Positions 28,400-41,694 are shown, counted from the stretch's first letter. The stretch: DNA of 64,000 nt from Lingula anatina (GCA_051362555.1 CM120644.1:1930954-1994953); one strand, 5' to 3'. Notes: generated by a model from the sequence alone, not told the origin. A program made the numbers and translations.

Positions 28400-31300
28400 T
28401 TACTCAGGTGATTGCAAAGTCCACAACTTGGCTGCCAATCGTTTTGAAAAAAATAAATATTTTTTCGACTTTATCCCCATGTACGGGATCCCTAGCAGAT
28501 ACTGCTGAAATATCCCTAGAATCTGCGAGTATTCCTTCGGGTATTCTAGTTGAAAACAACAGTAGACCGCCAGCAGCACCAGCACAGCTTGCTCTGCGGA
28601 ATTGGACTTGACTTCAATCCGGCAGCCATTGGCAATGACGCATGTGTGCTGCAGAACATTGTCCTCTGACCGGAAAACAGCAAGATAAGGGGCGTCTTCT
28701 ACACTTGTCAGTGGTGGCTGATCACTCCCCTGAAGTGAAAAAAAAAACATCGAAAGAATTAAATAAAAATAATAAGTGAATAGCAGAATGTTGACGAGGA
28801 TATGTATACACAAAATAAGACGGACTGTATAATATGTTTTAGCCACATATTGCCATTTGTCAGAGAAGATATCATTATCATTTCACTGTCCTGAATGTTC
28901 TAAGTTTCATAACAAATAGACAAATAATTATGTAAAAATAAAACAAATAAACAGAGACATGCCTGGCACAAAACTAGTATGGACTTTGTTTTGGTTCCTT
29001 TGCCTCTCTCAAACTTTGTCTCTTCTTCCATGTACCGCACCATGCCGAAGACGTCATCGTCAGACTGAAAAAATATTTTTTACATAATGGTCTCAGCATG
29101 GCTACAGTTGATAGACCTGTTCGAATGGGTTCTCAGTTAAACCAGTTCGGTTCTAAAACGCGTCAGCAAATCTTTTGAATCTAAATGCTTACAACCAAAA
29201 AATATAAGCAGCATCTATACTTACTGCAATTCAAACTTTTAAATAGGTGTTTTGTTAAAATACATCCTTAATTTTACGCTAAAAAATTAAAAAAAGTCAC
29301 GTCTATCAAAAGAAAAGCATTCCAAATTTAATGGAAACCGATTCCTTTGACAAACATACCACTTTTAGGTCTTCAATCGCCAATTGTTGTAATCCACGAA
29401 TGAAAACGGGAAACAAGCGTCTTATTCGTTCATACTCTTCAGACCCAAACTTTAAACCCATCTCGAAAAGAAGCTGTAAAAAGAAACACATCAGTGATTA
29501 TGTTTACTAGCTAAAATTTCATTTTTTACAAGAAGTTCCACATTTCACTTTCACAGCAGATTTCTCGTAAGTTTCAAATTCTTGACATGGCGTCATTTTT
29601 CCTAAATAACTGGAAATAAATGAAAAATTTAGAGTATTTTTCTAGGAATACCCTTGACAACTTACGTAATCCCCGTTATCAAAACAAGGGTAAAGCTTTA
29701 AGATGGTTTTCAACTTTTTCGTCTTTAACACTCGTATCCATTTCTGTCGACTTTCATAAGTGGTGGACAGCACGTCTTGCACGTGGTTCGCATTGATAAT
29801 TATATCGTTCGTGTTCCAAGCCACTCGGATTTCCTCGATCTGTTTCCGGCATTCTTCGGGTAAGTTCTCGTACAAGTCCGGCTGTTTATCGTCCGTCTCC
29901 GCAAGCGTTTGTTCGGTTATGTTGTATTTCCACGTGTGTGAAGAGAAAGGCTGTATACAGTCCTCCTTATCCAAGCCTTTTATGTCTAAAATTTTCGGTA
30001 ACTTGGGTTCCGGTTCTTGATCAGAAATGGCGGTAGATTCCGGGAATGTTCGGATCGAACCGGAAAGAGACGATGTTTTGTTGATGTGGTCAGCGGATTC
30101 TTTTGGTTGAAGGCTCGTTCCGGTAGGTTTGGTTACATTGTCGGCAAACTTTTTCCTTTCCCATCTTATACGACGTATTCGCTGACTCAAACACTTGACA
30201 AATAGCGACTGAAAAGTAAAACGTCCAGCTTAAACTGACGTATATGAACAACACATCAATTTAAATAAATGCCAAATAACAAAGCAAAATATTAACTTTG
30301 GAAGTTTGACAGGCCAAAATTTTGCTGTCCACAAGAATATCATTTCACACCTTCTATCGTCTTATTATTCACCAATACCCGAAGTAACTGAAAGTTGATT
30401 TGACTCTTACTGTTATAACTGCTTTGCCGCAATGGACGAAACTTTACTTTTTGACAAACATCTCATTAAGTAAAAATTACTCTCAAATCTTTTGATGCTG
30501 CATGAAATTATAAATATATATTAATGTGTTGGTACGCCACCTCGCAAAGCAACATCATGGTCTTTAAAGTTTTCCCCGACTTTAACCAGGTACTTTAAGT
30601 AATGAGGGGGCATGCCAGACATTTAAACCGCTTAAACTGAATGCAATGTAAGTCAGAGAAGTTCATCAGCTGTGTTAAGTTATAAGAATGATGTGATTTT
30701 TTTTTCAATCAACAGCTTATATTGAGATAGGTTTCACCTCCAATATTTCGATGTCTAGCAGGTAATCTTCTTCAGGGAATGAGGCTATCCAGGTGAACAG
30801 CCTCTACTCAGGAGACCCATACTTAGTATGTAAGTCAGAGAAGAATTTCATCAGCTGGGTTAAGTTGTGCCCTACCTCAATATTAGCTGTTGACTGAAGA
30901 AAAAATCACATCATTCTTATAACTTAACACAGCGGGTTATGGGAACGAGGCCTAAAGCAATATACAAACCCAAGGTTCCTGTCCATCGTGTCCTATACAC
31001 GGATACGTCTCATACATGGTTTTCCCAATGCGTCGATACTCGGTGGCGTCGTTCACACGGCGTGGATAGTGTGTGGTGTAGAACAGTGCTGACTCCTGGA
31101 CCAGGCGGTGCCACACTGCTTCCGACTTGCCTACAACACAGATAGACAGAGAGACCATTCCCAGACCCTATCGAACTAACTGTGGATAGATCTACAGCAT
31201 TGGTCAAAAAGGTTGTCCCACCCCCATTTCCATGTACTTTTATTTACAAATGATCACCTCACAGCTGTGAACTGTTAGAAATAGTGCTTTTTATCACGGA

Positions 31301-34300
31301 TACCGTGTCTAACATGATTAATGGTTAAAAAAAATACAAAATAGTGGTGAAAATATACATATTTTATACCATTTAGTAAAATTTATAAGAGGTACCCCCT
31401 CAAATCGACTGTTTCACTGTGACTTCTAAAGATGTAAAGAAATGTCTATAAAATTGAAAAGGTGCCATCAAATGTCACCAAATTCACACACAATTAGCAT
31501 TAGGGTGTGCTCGTTAAAGATCACGTGCCTAACAGCGTGTGCGTCTACCGCGTACTGCAATTATCTCCTGTAGACGGCGCGACAAGCCTTCAACATGGGT
31601 AACAATTCTGTTATGTGGGATATTGTCCCATTCATCCTAAAGAGCGTGGCGGAATTGGTCAAGATTATTTAGGAATTGGTTCTCCTCTGCAATGCACATT
31701 CCAATTTATGCCACAGGTGCTCAGTAGGATTAATATCAGGACTCAAAGACGGTTGTCCCATCCTCAGAGCCCTGTGTTTCTGCAACAAATCGTTTGCCAG
31801 ACGAGAGCTGTGAGCAAGTGCGTCGTCACAATGAAGCCAGTAGTATCCCTGAAGTCACCTCTTGCAAATGGAGTGAGATTTCTGTTGAGAATGTTACATC
31901 AAAATGCCCCTGTTACGTTTTGTTCCAAAAGGAACAATGTACTAATACCATGGGCTTGGAATGCTCTCCAAATGCGGATTGATCTAACACCTCAGGCGAT
32001 ATTATCCTGCACAAACCCTTCCAAGAGGCATTTTTTAACATGTCTATGGACCCTCTTTGACCATCGATGGGATACAAGAAATAATTTGATTCTGCATCAA
32101 AATCAACTTCCTTCCAGTGATGGATGGCCAGGTTCAGGTGCCTGTGGGATCACTCAACGTAGCATTCTCAGCTGATATCTCATTCCATCTTCAAGAACTG
32201 ACTTTGGGGTTAACTTATCATGACTGCACACTTGCTCACACCTCTCGCCTGGCAACTGTTTGTTGAAGAAACATAATGGTCTAAGGATGGAACCACCATC
32301 TTTGAGCCCTGATATCAAACTTACTAATCAACTGTGACATGTATTGGAGTTTGCAATGCAAAGGAGAACCAACCCCATAAAAACGTGGACCAACTCCCCC
32401 AACTTGTGTAAGAAGAATGGGACAATATCCCATAAAACAGAATTGTAACCCGTGTTGAAGGCTTGTCGCGCCGTCTACAGGAAATAATTGCAGTACGCGG
32501 TAGACGCACACGCTGTTAGGCACGTGATCTTTAATGAGCACACCCTAATGCTAATTGTGTGTGAATTAATCATGTTAGACACGGTATACGTAATAAAAAA
32601 CACTATTTTAACAATTAACAGCTGTTAGGTGATCATTTGTAAACAAAAGTACATGAAAATGGGGGTGGGACAACCTTTTTGACCAATGCTGTATCTCCGA
32701 GGGGACTCTCGCCAAATTGCAATCAACTTAAGCGGCTTAGATGTTTGTCACGCCTCCTGAAGCTGATAATGGGTAATTAACTGTCGTTGAGCAGCTTAAG
32801 TAGGCGTGCCAGACATGTAAGCCGCTAAAGCTGAAAGTAATTTAGCAAGAAACCCCTTGGAGATGGACTGATCCTGTGAGATCGATCTAGGTATGGGAAC
32901 CCAGTCAATGACTACGGTGTGACAGGAATGGTAGACCGCTAGGAACCGTAATCCGCTCCCCATTACTTTGTACGGGTGGCATTCGTCCCATATACTAACT
33001 CTAATACTCCAACTAACCCTAACCAGTACTAATCATGTGGTAGCCCGGACTTCCATTTCTAGAACTTCCTTTCCTGTCACACCGATATTGAAAGTTTTGT
33101 ATAATTGGGAGATTAAATCTACCATTTATTTGAACCATATTTCTTTTATTGTTCCTTTACTATTCACCTTATCTTATTTTGCTCTTTATTAATTAGATTA
33201 CAGTAACTATCTATTTCTGATTTTATCTATTCATTGAATTTATTTATCAGATTTCAGATTAACTATTTACTCAGTGTAGTGTGTGTGTGTGTGTGTGTGT
33301 TAAAACGTGGTATCTCTTCCTCATGCAAAAACTGAATGTTTCTTAAGGTGGATAAGACATATCACCTGCTTTCAGAGATGCCTCCACATAATAAGAAAAC
33401 ACTGGCAATGCCAACTCATCTGGGTCCTTGGTGACGTCAGCTGTGACACTTCCGCTGTAGTTCTGGACCCCAACTGAAACAGTTATTCAGGATCATTCAT
33501 AACCGCCAGCAAAAAATATTATTACACACGTCATTCAACAACAAGACAAGGCTGTGATCGGAGTTACTCGTAAAAAGAATAGGACAGCATACCACTCGCT
33601 TTTAACTTCCGAAAAATATCTGGGAAATGCATAGGTCAACCACATTGGTTCTGAACGATCAAAAATACTTGATTACAGGAACTTTCCACATTGAGGGACA
33701 CAGCTCTACCGGTCTAATTTGACAGACTGTCAACTCAATAGCTTGTCTGTTGCGTAAAACCCCCTTTACACTGGACGGCGTCCTTTCTGCGTCCTTTGTG
33801 CGACCATGAAACTGGCCAGGACGCCGTCGGACGCTCAAAGAACGCACAGTGATCGCCAAGGTCGCACAAAGAACGTTCAAGCATCGCCGAGGACGCCATG
33901 GGCGCCGCGAAGTTTTGAGCATGTTCAAAACAATCGCAGAGAGAACGCGATGGAGGATGGTCGCTCAATGGACGCAGAAAGGACGCACAAGCATCGCCGT
34001 GGTCGCAGAGAGGACGCACAAGCATCGCCGCGGTCGTAGAAAGGAGGCACAAGCATCGCTTTGGTTGCAGAATGAAAACTCAAAGATCGTCCAGTGTTCG
34101 GCACGTAGAACATTATTTTATTTCACTCTCAAACGGGGCCGTGCTGAGGTATTTTCCACCAGACAGGAATTCTAAGGGCAACAGTGGTCTCATATCAGCC
34201 TCCGATTGTTTTTTCCCCTAAAATTCATGAAACGATCCATTTTTTTAGGATATTATAAAACGAATATTTTGCCTTTTTTTTCAAGATGCATTAGGCCTAA

Positions 34301-37300
34301 TTGTCAGAACTTTTTGCAGAATGTGTCATTTGATAACGGATTCAAACATTCTATGTTGTGTCAGTCATACTTTCTCGTTTTCGGCGCCTGTCCAGGATAA
34401 CAATGAGCGTCTGGCTGATCATCAGTCCATGTACACCTCGCATCACTATAGTTTAAAGCTTTTATTCCCATTTATTTGTTTTGTGTGCTGGAAATGTTCT
34501 TTAATGGATGACCTGGTTAGAACCGATGAAAAAATATGAGTTAGAATATAGAGAAGGACGCCCAAACAACGCTCATCGGTCCAGCAGGATGCAGAATGAT
34601 CGTAGGATAGACGCCACTGATCGCCGATGAAGGTACAGAGAACGCAGCGAGAATGCTCAATGGTCGCTCAAACATCGCAATGGACGCCTTGGGTTGCACA
34701 GAGGACCTACAGTGGAGGCAGGCAGGTTGCTCGCAGATTTACAGGTAAAATCAAGATTCGGTCTGTCAAAGGACGCACAAGGGACGCAGACGCCTTTACA
34801 CTGAGACACGATTTAATTGCTTTGGCGACCGTTGAGCGTCCTGACCACATTTTTCAACGCAGAAGGGACGCAGAAAGGACGCCGTCCAGTGTAAAGGGGC
34901 CCTAAGTGAGGTTACTTGAACGGAACGTCCGCGCTCAATTAATTAACTATGCTAACTGAACGGGAAGCGAACTTTTTGGAGAACATGTGAAAGACAGTAA
35001 AGTCCCACGTAGTGTAATTGCATGATGGGACCTCGAGGTAAACCGGTACATTTGTATCTTATTAAGCACAACTATGAAAAGGGCCCAAAACAGACACCTT
35101 ACCATCATGTCCTGTGGGAAGAGGGCCGTCTCCAACACTACCCTGACTGGACTGAGATCTGGTCAACTGGCCGTGGTCCAGACTTCCGGTGACCGGTGAG
35201 GTTTGGGGTGGTCTGTTGGGTACTGCCCCTGGTGGTCCCCGTCTTTGACTGGTGAGAGGGGTTCCTGGTAATAACATATGTCATGTTATTGGAATGCACT
35301 CCTAAATTGTAGTGACATTTTTAAAAATTCAAAGAATATATTTCAATAAAATGTATAGATATTAAAATATATCAAGTAAAAACATGTTTTTGTTTGAATG
35401 GTGAGAGGGCTATCTGGTAATAACACGTATCTCTGGATAGTTACCACGTTTACAGTCATGTTATTGTAATGTACTCTTGAATTTAAACGACATTTTTTAA
35501 AAAATAAGATTTTTTTTATATCTGTAGTTGTTATACGTGTCATTCTAAAAAAATCACATATATAAAGGTCGAATATCAGTATTCCTAAATAAATAAAATA
35601 ATAATTTTCAAAGTGAATTCATCAAATAATAAAACAGAGTTTTTCTTCAATCAACAGCTAGTTTCGAAACCGTTGTTTATTTTCCATAACACAATTGATG
35701 AAATTATTTTAAAGAAATCAAATTATGCACTTGCGTATTCACCAAAAAAGCTTAAGAAGATTATTTAATTTACCAAAAATCGATAACATAAGCGGGATAA
35801 CATGCACTAACGCTTTAATACAAAATGACCTCTTGTCACTGAGGGGTGTAGGTCTACACAAAACTTCATTAAGTACCTGTGCCAGTGATGTTCTTAACCT
35901 CGTCTCCAGAGTCATCAGAGTCGGACAGCAACACCACTTCTTCATTCCTGCACTCTTTTACCGGCATTGTATCTCTCTTAGTGACACCTAGATGTCGTCG
36001 AGGTGAACGCCGTGTGGTCGCGGCACATGTCACCCTCACTTGAGGTGTCTGCACGGGTCTCTTGATCTGGGGACTTTGTCGTCTTGGCGGAGGGCTAACG
36101 GGAGCTGGAGCTGTAATACGGTTACAAGTTTTTGATAATGGTTTTACATGCGCTTTTTCAGCTAACAGATAATGAAAGATAAAATGTATTCATTATACAC
36201 ACTCTACCACAAGGCCTATTTTTAATTGGCGTTAACCTCAGACAGACATAGACAGCGTGATGTTCAGATACTCTTTGCTTTGTGTTCAGGACCTGCACGT
36301 GCACTGGTATTTCCCTTACCTGACCACGTCTTCACAGTTGTGGACACTGGATTGTCCTTAACATTCCGCGCTGGACATGAAGTGACCGCAGCGTCCGGTG
36401 GTTCCCAGACCTCCGCGTCCCCTAATATGATGAGGACCTCGTTGGTTAACTCGACCAGCACCTCGTCCTCTTCCACCTCTGTGCCATCGCTCTCAGTGAC
36501 CACCCTGGGGCGGACCACACCGAACTTCTCACAACCTGAAAATTCAGGGGAAAAATATGAAATTCTCACACCCTGAAAATCCAGTGAAAATATGAGCTTC
36601 TCACACTATAAAAACTCCAGTGTATAAATACCAACTTCTCACACCCTGAAAACCCCAGTGAAATATATGAGCTTCTCACACCCTGAAAACCCAGTGAAAA
36701 ATATGAGCTTCTCACCCCCTGACAACTCCAGTAGAAATATGAGCTTCTCACCCCCTGAAAACTCCAGTAAAAATATGAGCTTCTCACACCCTGAAAACCC
36801 CAGTGAAAAATATGAACAGCGCTTCTCACACCCAGAAAACCCCAGTGAAAAATACGAGCTTCTCACACCCTGAAACCCAAGTGTAAATATGATCTCATTT
36901 GCTTAAATTATCATACATTCCAAATTAAATTAGTCAAAAATCATGAAATTTGCACATACTTTCCTTTGTAAAGTGTAAGCTGGTATATGTCACGGCACAA
37001 TAAATGAACTAAGCTACAGTAAAAGTATGAATATGTTTAATTACTGGTCTTAATTAAGTCAACACATCACAAGCTTGAGTTACACAAAGGCAACGCAGAC
37101 AGAATACCGGTATAAAAAAGCACTGATAATAACTCATCAAGGCAAGGGTGACTATTAAATAAAATAATTTGACTGCATTTAGTTCCAGCGGAGTTGAATC
37201 AGCGTACAGTGTATATAGAACAATAGTTTCATTCAGAATGTGCCTTAATTGGCGATTAGGTGTGTGTGCATGTGCGTGCATGCGTGTGTGTGTGTGTGTG

Positions 37301-38202
37301 TTAAGGGATGGCACCTAGTAGAAAGCGTGCATTACTGTAGGCCTACACTATTCTGTCTTACCACAGGGTGTATAAGTAAGCTGATTCTAAATTATTGTAT
37401 AGCACATACCATAATTTTGTATACTATTAAAGCAGCCCTGACACCAGAGGGCAGGCTTCTAAACGGTTTTATACGACATCAAATGATTTTTTCTCTTATT
37501 GCTCGTATCTTTTAGCCAAGCCGCATTCACACAATGAAGTAAGAAATAATAGAGCGAGCTGATTTAAGTTATGGCAAGATGTGACATAAGTACCAATCAA
37601 GTACATGTAGAATATAGGTCTCTAGATGAAATAATTAATTAAACCATTGCAACTGCTAGATCCAAATTCCAACTGCGGTACGTATTCTAAACTAGCTTTG
37701 AGGAATAAACATTTTGTCTATTGGCGCAACACATATAGGCCCTATAACAAACTGCTTAATATTATCCAGGTAAGACTTAATGCCATGAGAGTATATAAAC
37801 TAAACTTAATAGTGTAGGTAGGCCCTACATGTATGTGCAGGCCCGAAGCCGGGGGGGGGGGGGGGGGGGGGGGGTCAGGGGATTCAAAGAACCCCCCCCT
37901 TTTTTTGCTATGAAAAGGTCCACACTGGGTAAATTTGATGTTGGTTTAATGACAAAAGGCTTACATTTACAGAAAAAGGACCCCCCCCCCCTTTTCCATT
38001 TGCTAGCTACGGGCCTGACGGAGATCCCACTGCTACTACTACTACTACCGGTAGGCCTACTACTGGTAGTCGGCCAGTAGGCCTATATCAGCGATATGGA
38101 GGCGATTAGCTTGATCTCACCTTTTTGCCGCAGTTCATTTAGACTCGCAGCAACGATGAATTTCCTCTTGGATCTTGATCTGTCCCATACCTTGAATAAC
38201 AT
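28400..38202 (-). CDS. CIDE-N domain protein with a SAMD3-like C-terminal region, 10 exons, apparently intact
   Basis: Exons approx. 38202-38121 (MLFKVWDRSRSKRKFIVAASLNELRQK), 36535-36320 (ESDGTEVEEDEVL..W, CIDE-N), 36110-35877, 35264-35103, 33473-33367, 31130-30970 (YRRIGKTMYETYPCI..EPW), 30208-29666 (TYESRQKWI..ILKLYPCF), 29473-29361, 29064-28963 and 28729-28400 (AVLVLLAVYCCFQLEYPKEYSQILGIFQQYLLGI). Confidence 0.8.
30640..30935. repeat. Penelope-like (pLTR-type) repeat fragment with internal inverted and direct duplications
   Basis: About 60-bp inverted repeat (approx. 30669-30730 versus 30874-30933) and a direct repeat atgtaagtcagagaag..tcatcagctg at about 30647 and 30828. The Penelope assignment is inferred. 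Confidence 0.5.
30737..30780 (-). ncRNA. Possible minimal type I hammerhead ribozyme motif
   Basis: Minus strand reads ttcc-CUGAAGA-a-gat..atc-GAAA-uaUU-ggag: core boxes, a short stem II and a palindromic AAUAUU stem III. Confidence 0.4.
31195..32691. mobile_element. Tc1-family fold-back element built from two transposase 3' ends
   Basis: TA-flanked TIRs cagcattggtcaaaaaggttgtccc (about 125 bp). Both arms carry the SPDINPTEHLW..EWDNIP..RLQEIIAVRG..TRC* type coding end, in opposite orientations. Confidence 0.9.
32915..33084. mobile_element. Second copy of the ggtgtgacaggaatgg inverted-repeat element
   Basis: Same termini as 19886-20037. Confidence 0.6.
33758..34902. mobile_element. PIF/Harbinger-type non-autonomous element
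   Basis: TIRs cccctttacactggacggcgtcctttctgcgtcc and ggacgcagaaaggacgccgtccagtgtaaagggg, with TAA target duplication (33755-33757, 34903-34905) and internal ggacgca repeats. Confidence 0.85.
36536..36890. repeat. Minisatellite, unit about 38-42 bp (aaatatgagcttctcacaccctgaaaaccccagtg), about 9 copies, abutting a splice acceptor
   Basis: Direct tandem copies. The unit matches the acceptor and first codons of CIDE-N exon 2. Confidence 0.95.
37838..38017. mobile_element. CAG...CTG MITE, same family as 15864-16038
   Basis: caggcccgaagcc...gctacgggcctg, with poly-G and aaaaggtccac. Confidence 0.65.
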
Positions 38203-38802
38203 TATCCAGAAATCAACGGTGCCCACCTCCTAGACCAGAAACTACTTCCTAATGGTATCAGAAAGGGGTGATCGCGAGTGTTTATTCACTAAACGCTGGT
38301 GGCCTACTTTCTATGCTGTGCAGTTCTCCTGTGTCTGGATAAACGGCGCGCTCTGATTGGATGTTTATATGAACAGAGCCCCGCTGACGGCAGTGTTTTC
38401 TTGATCATTTAAACACAATGTAGCGTTTATTGGCTATAACTCATTTCGCGTGCGCTTGCCCCAGTGTGTAATGATTAACAACGGCCTCTGATCGCGTTCT
38501 CAACTTGTTTTTAATAACGCCAATTGTGTCATTTGAACACGCAAAGTAAACGTACAATCTACCAGCATATTATTAATGAATTTATTCAGGCAAAGAGCTA
38601 TGTTGAGCTTCGTGTATGATCGTTAATATTTGCGTTGGTTGTCATTACTGAGGCAGCTACATTACATACAACATAAATGAGAATTCACAATGACAAAGTA
38701 AATACAGCACTACCTTGCCTGTTTATCTCTCTATTCATTCATTTAATTTTCCACTATCCATAAACATCATGATACACCCACCCATTGAGCTGTCTGCCTG
38801 CC

Positions 38803-38916
38803 TGTGTGTGTGTGTGTGTGTGTACGTGTTTGTGTGTGTGTGTTTCTGTGTATGCGTATGTGTTTGTATGTGTGCGTGCGTGCATGAGTGTGCGTGCGTA
38901 TGTGTGTTTATGTGTG
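38803..38916. repeat. Degenerate (GT)n microsatellite
   Basis: Read directly. Confidence 0.9.
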
Positions 38917-41694
38917 AATTATAAATCAGACTGTCGACGCCCAGGTATCTGAAGGGCATACGCACGTTTACCTCAATAAAGTCCACTTTGCGTGAACGAG
39001 ACTGGATATAAACTAATTAACATGCCTTGCCTGATATAGGTCTACCTGATATCAGGGGCTCCGTATGATGGTAGGCCTATACATAATTAATAATAATAAT
39101 AATAATAATATTTATTTCTTAAAACCGCACTACACTAGCGTCTCAGTGCTGTTTACAGGTAAAATTATCAGGATTACAACTAATTATATATATAATAAAA
39201 GCTAGGTTAAAAAAAATTACAATGTTAGCCATTGAACATTCTGAAACAGTCTACTAGCGCACCCTGTGGCCAGAGAGTAACATATGCCTACTAACACTGG
39301 ATTATTTATCCACACTTTCATATGTACATACACTTATCTATGATGTGAATGTACGCTAGCGAAGGTTGTTTACATTAACACCATTTCTCCCATCTCTACC
39401 GGGTACCTTATCGTGCCGAGCACATGTATGCGCAGGCTTAGACCTATAACAGAATAGAAAAAGAAACGGTCGAAGAAGGAATTGATGGCTTTTCATTTGA
39501 ATCTTAGAAATATACGACTGAGAGCTGAACAACAAACACAGTCGCATCTGAGAAAATGACACACAAAATACCTTTCTGATGTAGGAATCCACGTTCCGTG
39601 AATGTCGTTTTGTAAGCTTCAATCTAGAACGCAATATAGGCCTACATGCTTAGTACGTCCTAGCTTCACGCGACATTAGCAAGTTGGCATTGCCAAAGAA
39701 GACGTGTCCACCTTCAACTAGTTTTAATTTTCGTTTGAATTCATATACTGGCCTACTACTAGTAGTAGTAGCAGTAGGATCTTTCTAGAGAGATACGCGA
39801 ATTAAGGTACTACATATAATTGCTAAGAAATGAGAGATGGTGCATTTTATGTAAAAGGTACAGGGGTGCATGTATCTCATACAACATAAATTTGTTCGTT
39901 TATTTATTTTTAGCCTTGAATAACCTCACTTGTCATTTTTTATTTGGATTCAGTTTTATTTCATGAGAAAAAAACATAATTCGACATTACGCCCGCGTGA
40001 ATCTGCCATCTTGAACAATTTATAATTCTAATTTCAATATTGATTTTACATGGCTGGTGAAGCCATGAGGAGCAGGGGTAGGTCCTAATGCTAAGTCCAA
40101 TATTGATACTTCGTTGTGTAAATCTAAATGTAACAGGTGGTCTTGTAAAGTGAAGAGGATAGGCCGCGGGGGTGACACTGCTGGTGTATATACATACGTA
40201 TATATTGACAACTTTGAACGTGTGTCTTACTCGTGGTCAGAGACAGAGTATTCGTATATTGTTAGAATTTTAGTATAAAAAGAAGTTCAAACAATAGTAT
40301 TATTAGTTCGTAGGCCTATCATCTCAAAGGGGATATACACCGTATAATACTGTATTAATGTTCAGCATCTTGTAACTTATTCAGTAACCAGCAATACAGA
40401 AATGACTTTATTCTTCTTTTCTCATTTTCCCACTTTTTACATTGTAGTTCTTTCTTTCCACCTATTCGTACTGCCGCCGCGTTCTCTCGTGCGAGTACAT
40501 GCGTGTGTGCCCCAGTTTGACGTCATGCCAATCTCTCTCTCCACCTGCTTTGCCACACTGCCAATAACCGATGTGATCGTTTTTTTTTAGCTATTTCTGC
40601 TTTTTTCTTTGATGTCACAAGAGGTCTTTCCACGAAATCTTATTCACAACGGAAGACGAGCAGACTGCACTACTTGGCCCCTAATAACGGATCGCTCTAT
40701 TTAAAGGTGTCAATTCTCTCACTGGCTCTATTTGCTTTGGGTCACCTTTCATAATGCTATTAATGACAACCATCAATTCACGCATTTGGGGAATTTATTC
40801 TGTTAAAAGTTACAAACTGAGCGGCGACTATCTTGGAAGGAGAGAGCTATTGACTCAGTGAGTACATTATCGAAGTACCAATAACAGAAAAGATATTTAA
40901 TCACACATCTGTAAACGCTGGTGTATTACTAACGACCAGGGTGCGGGGGAGGATGGGGGGGGGGGTGCAAGGTTTTAACTTGGCATGGGCGAGAATTTTT
41001 CAAAATAAGGTTTTGAACAATGAAAAACAAGTTATGTGTTTTAATGGCCTTTGTTTCGTGATGCAATGGTGTTAACTGTGACTCGGGAAATAATCATCAC
41101 GAATTAGGTGCTTCATCTTAAGAGAAAGAAATTGTACGGTATATATTCCTTAATCTATGAAGTGGTTTGTAGAAACTTCGTAAACGTACAACCCTGAACG
41201 TTTCATGCCCCGCTCGTATTATTCACAAAGCATACAATAAAATGAAAATAGATAGTTAAGACACCTGATCCTTTGTGATGTGAAGCAAAGCATTACTCGA
41301 TTACTACAGCAACCGTATCTGCTTAGTTTATTCACGCTCCTATCTCTGGTTTTAAAGTTATTCTATAATACGATTTCTTTTCACTTCATCTCCAATAATA
41401 AGAACAGCAACAACTAGCATTGTGGAGTAGCAGATCATACAGCAAAGATGATCAAACTTGGTGTGTTTAATCCGTGCGTCAGTTTTTACGAGAGGGCTCG
41501 TGCGATTCCTTCCCGAGGGAGGAGGTAACAGCTAGTCGTCCTGGGTCACAAACATCTCCCACATATACCTCAACATCCACAACGCCAATGTCGTCTTCTC
41601 ACGGCCAATTTCCACGCCAGCTCGTGTGTCTTAACAGCGTGGGGAAAAACCATCCCTGCGTCACCCGACGCTGCCATGTGTTTTCCTCACGGGG

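Noticed and set aside
31615-32175. 186-aa plus-strand ORF
   Set aside because: Antisense to decayed Tc1 transposase sequence, with no recognisable protein features.
33659-34905. Cluster of overlapping ORFs on both strands
   Set aside because: GC-rich subterminal repeats of a Harbinger-type element, with no transposase motifs.
36566-36873. Repeat ORFs or CRISPR-like array
   Set aside because: Tandem minisatellite without spacers; the ORFs are by-products.
28300-38500. Intact CACTA/EnSpm element enclosing the CIDE-N gene
   Set aside because: No matching terminal inverted repeats or transposase ORF could be found by eye.
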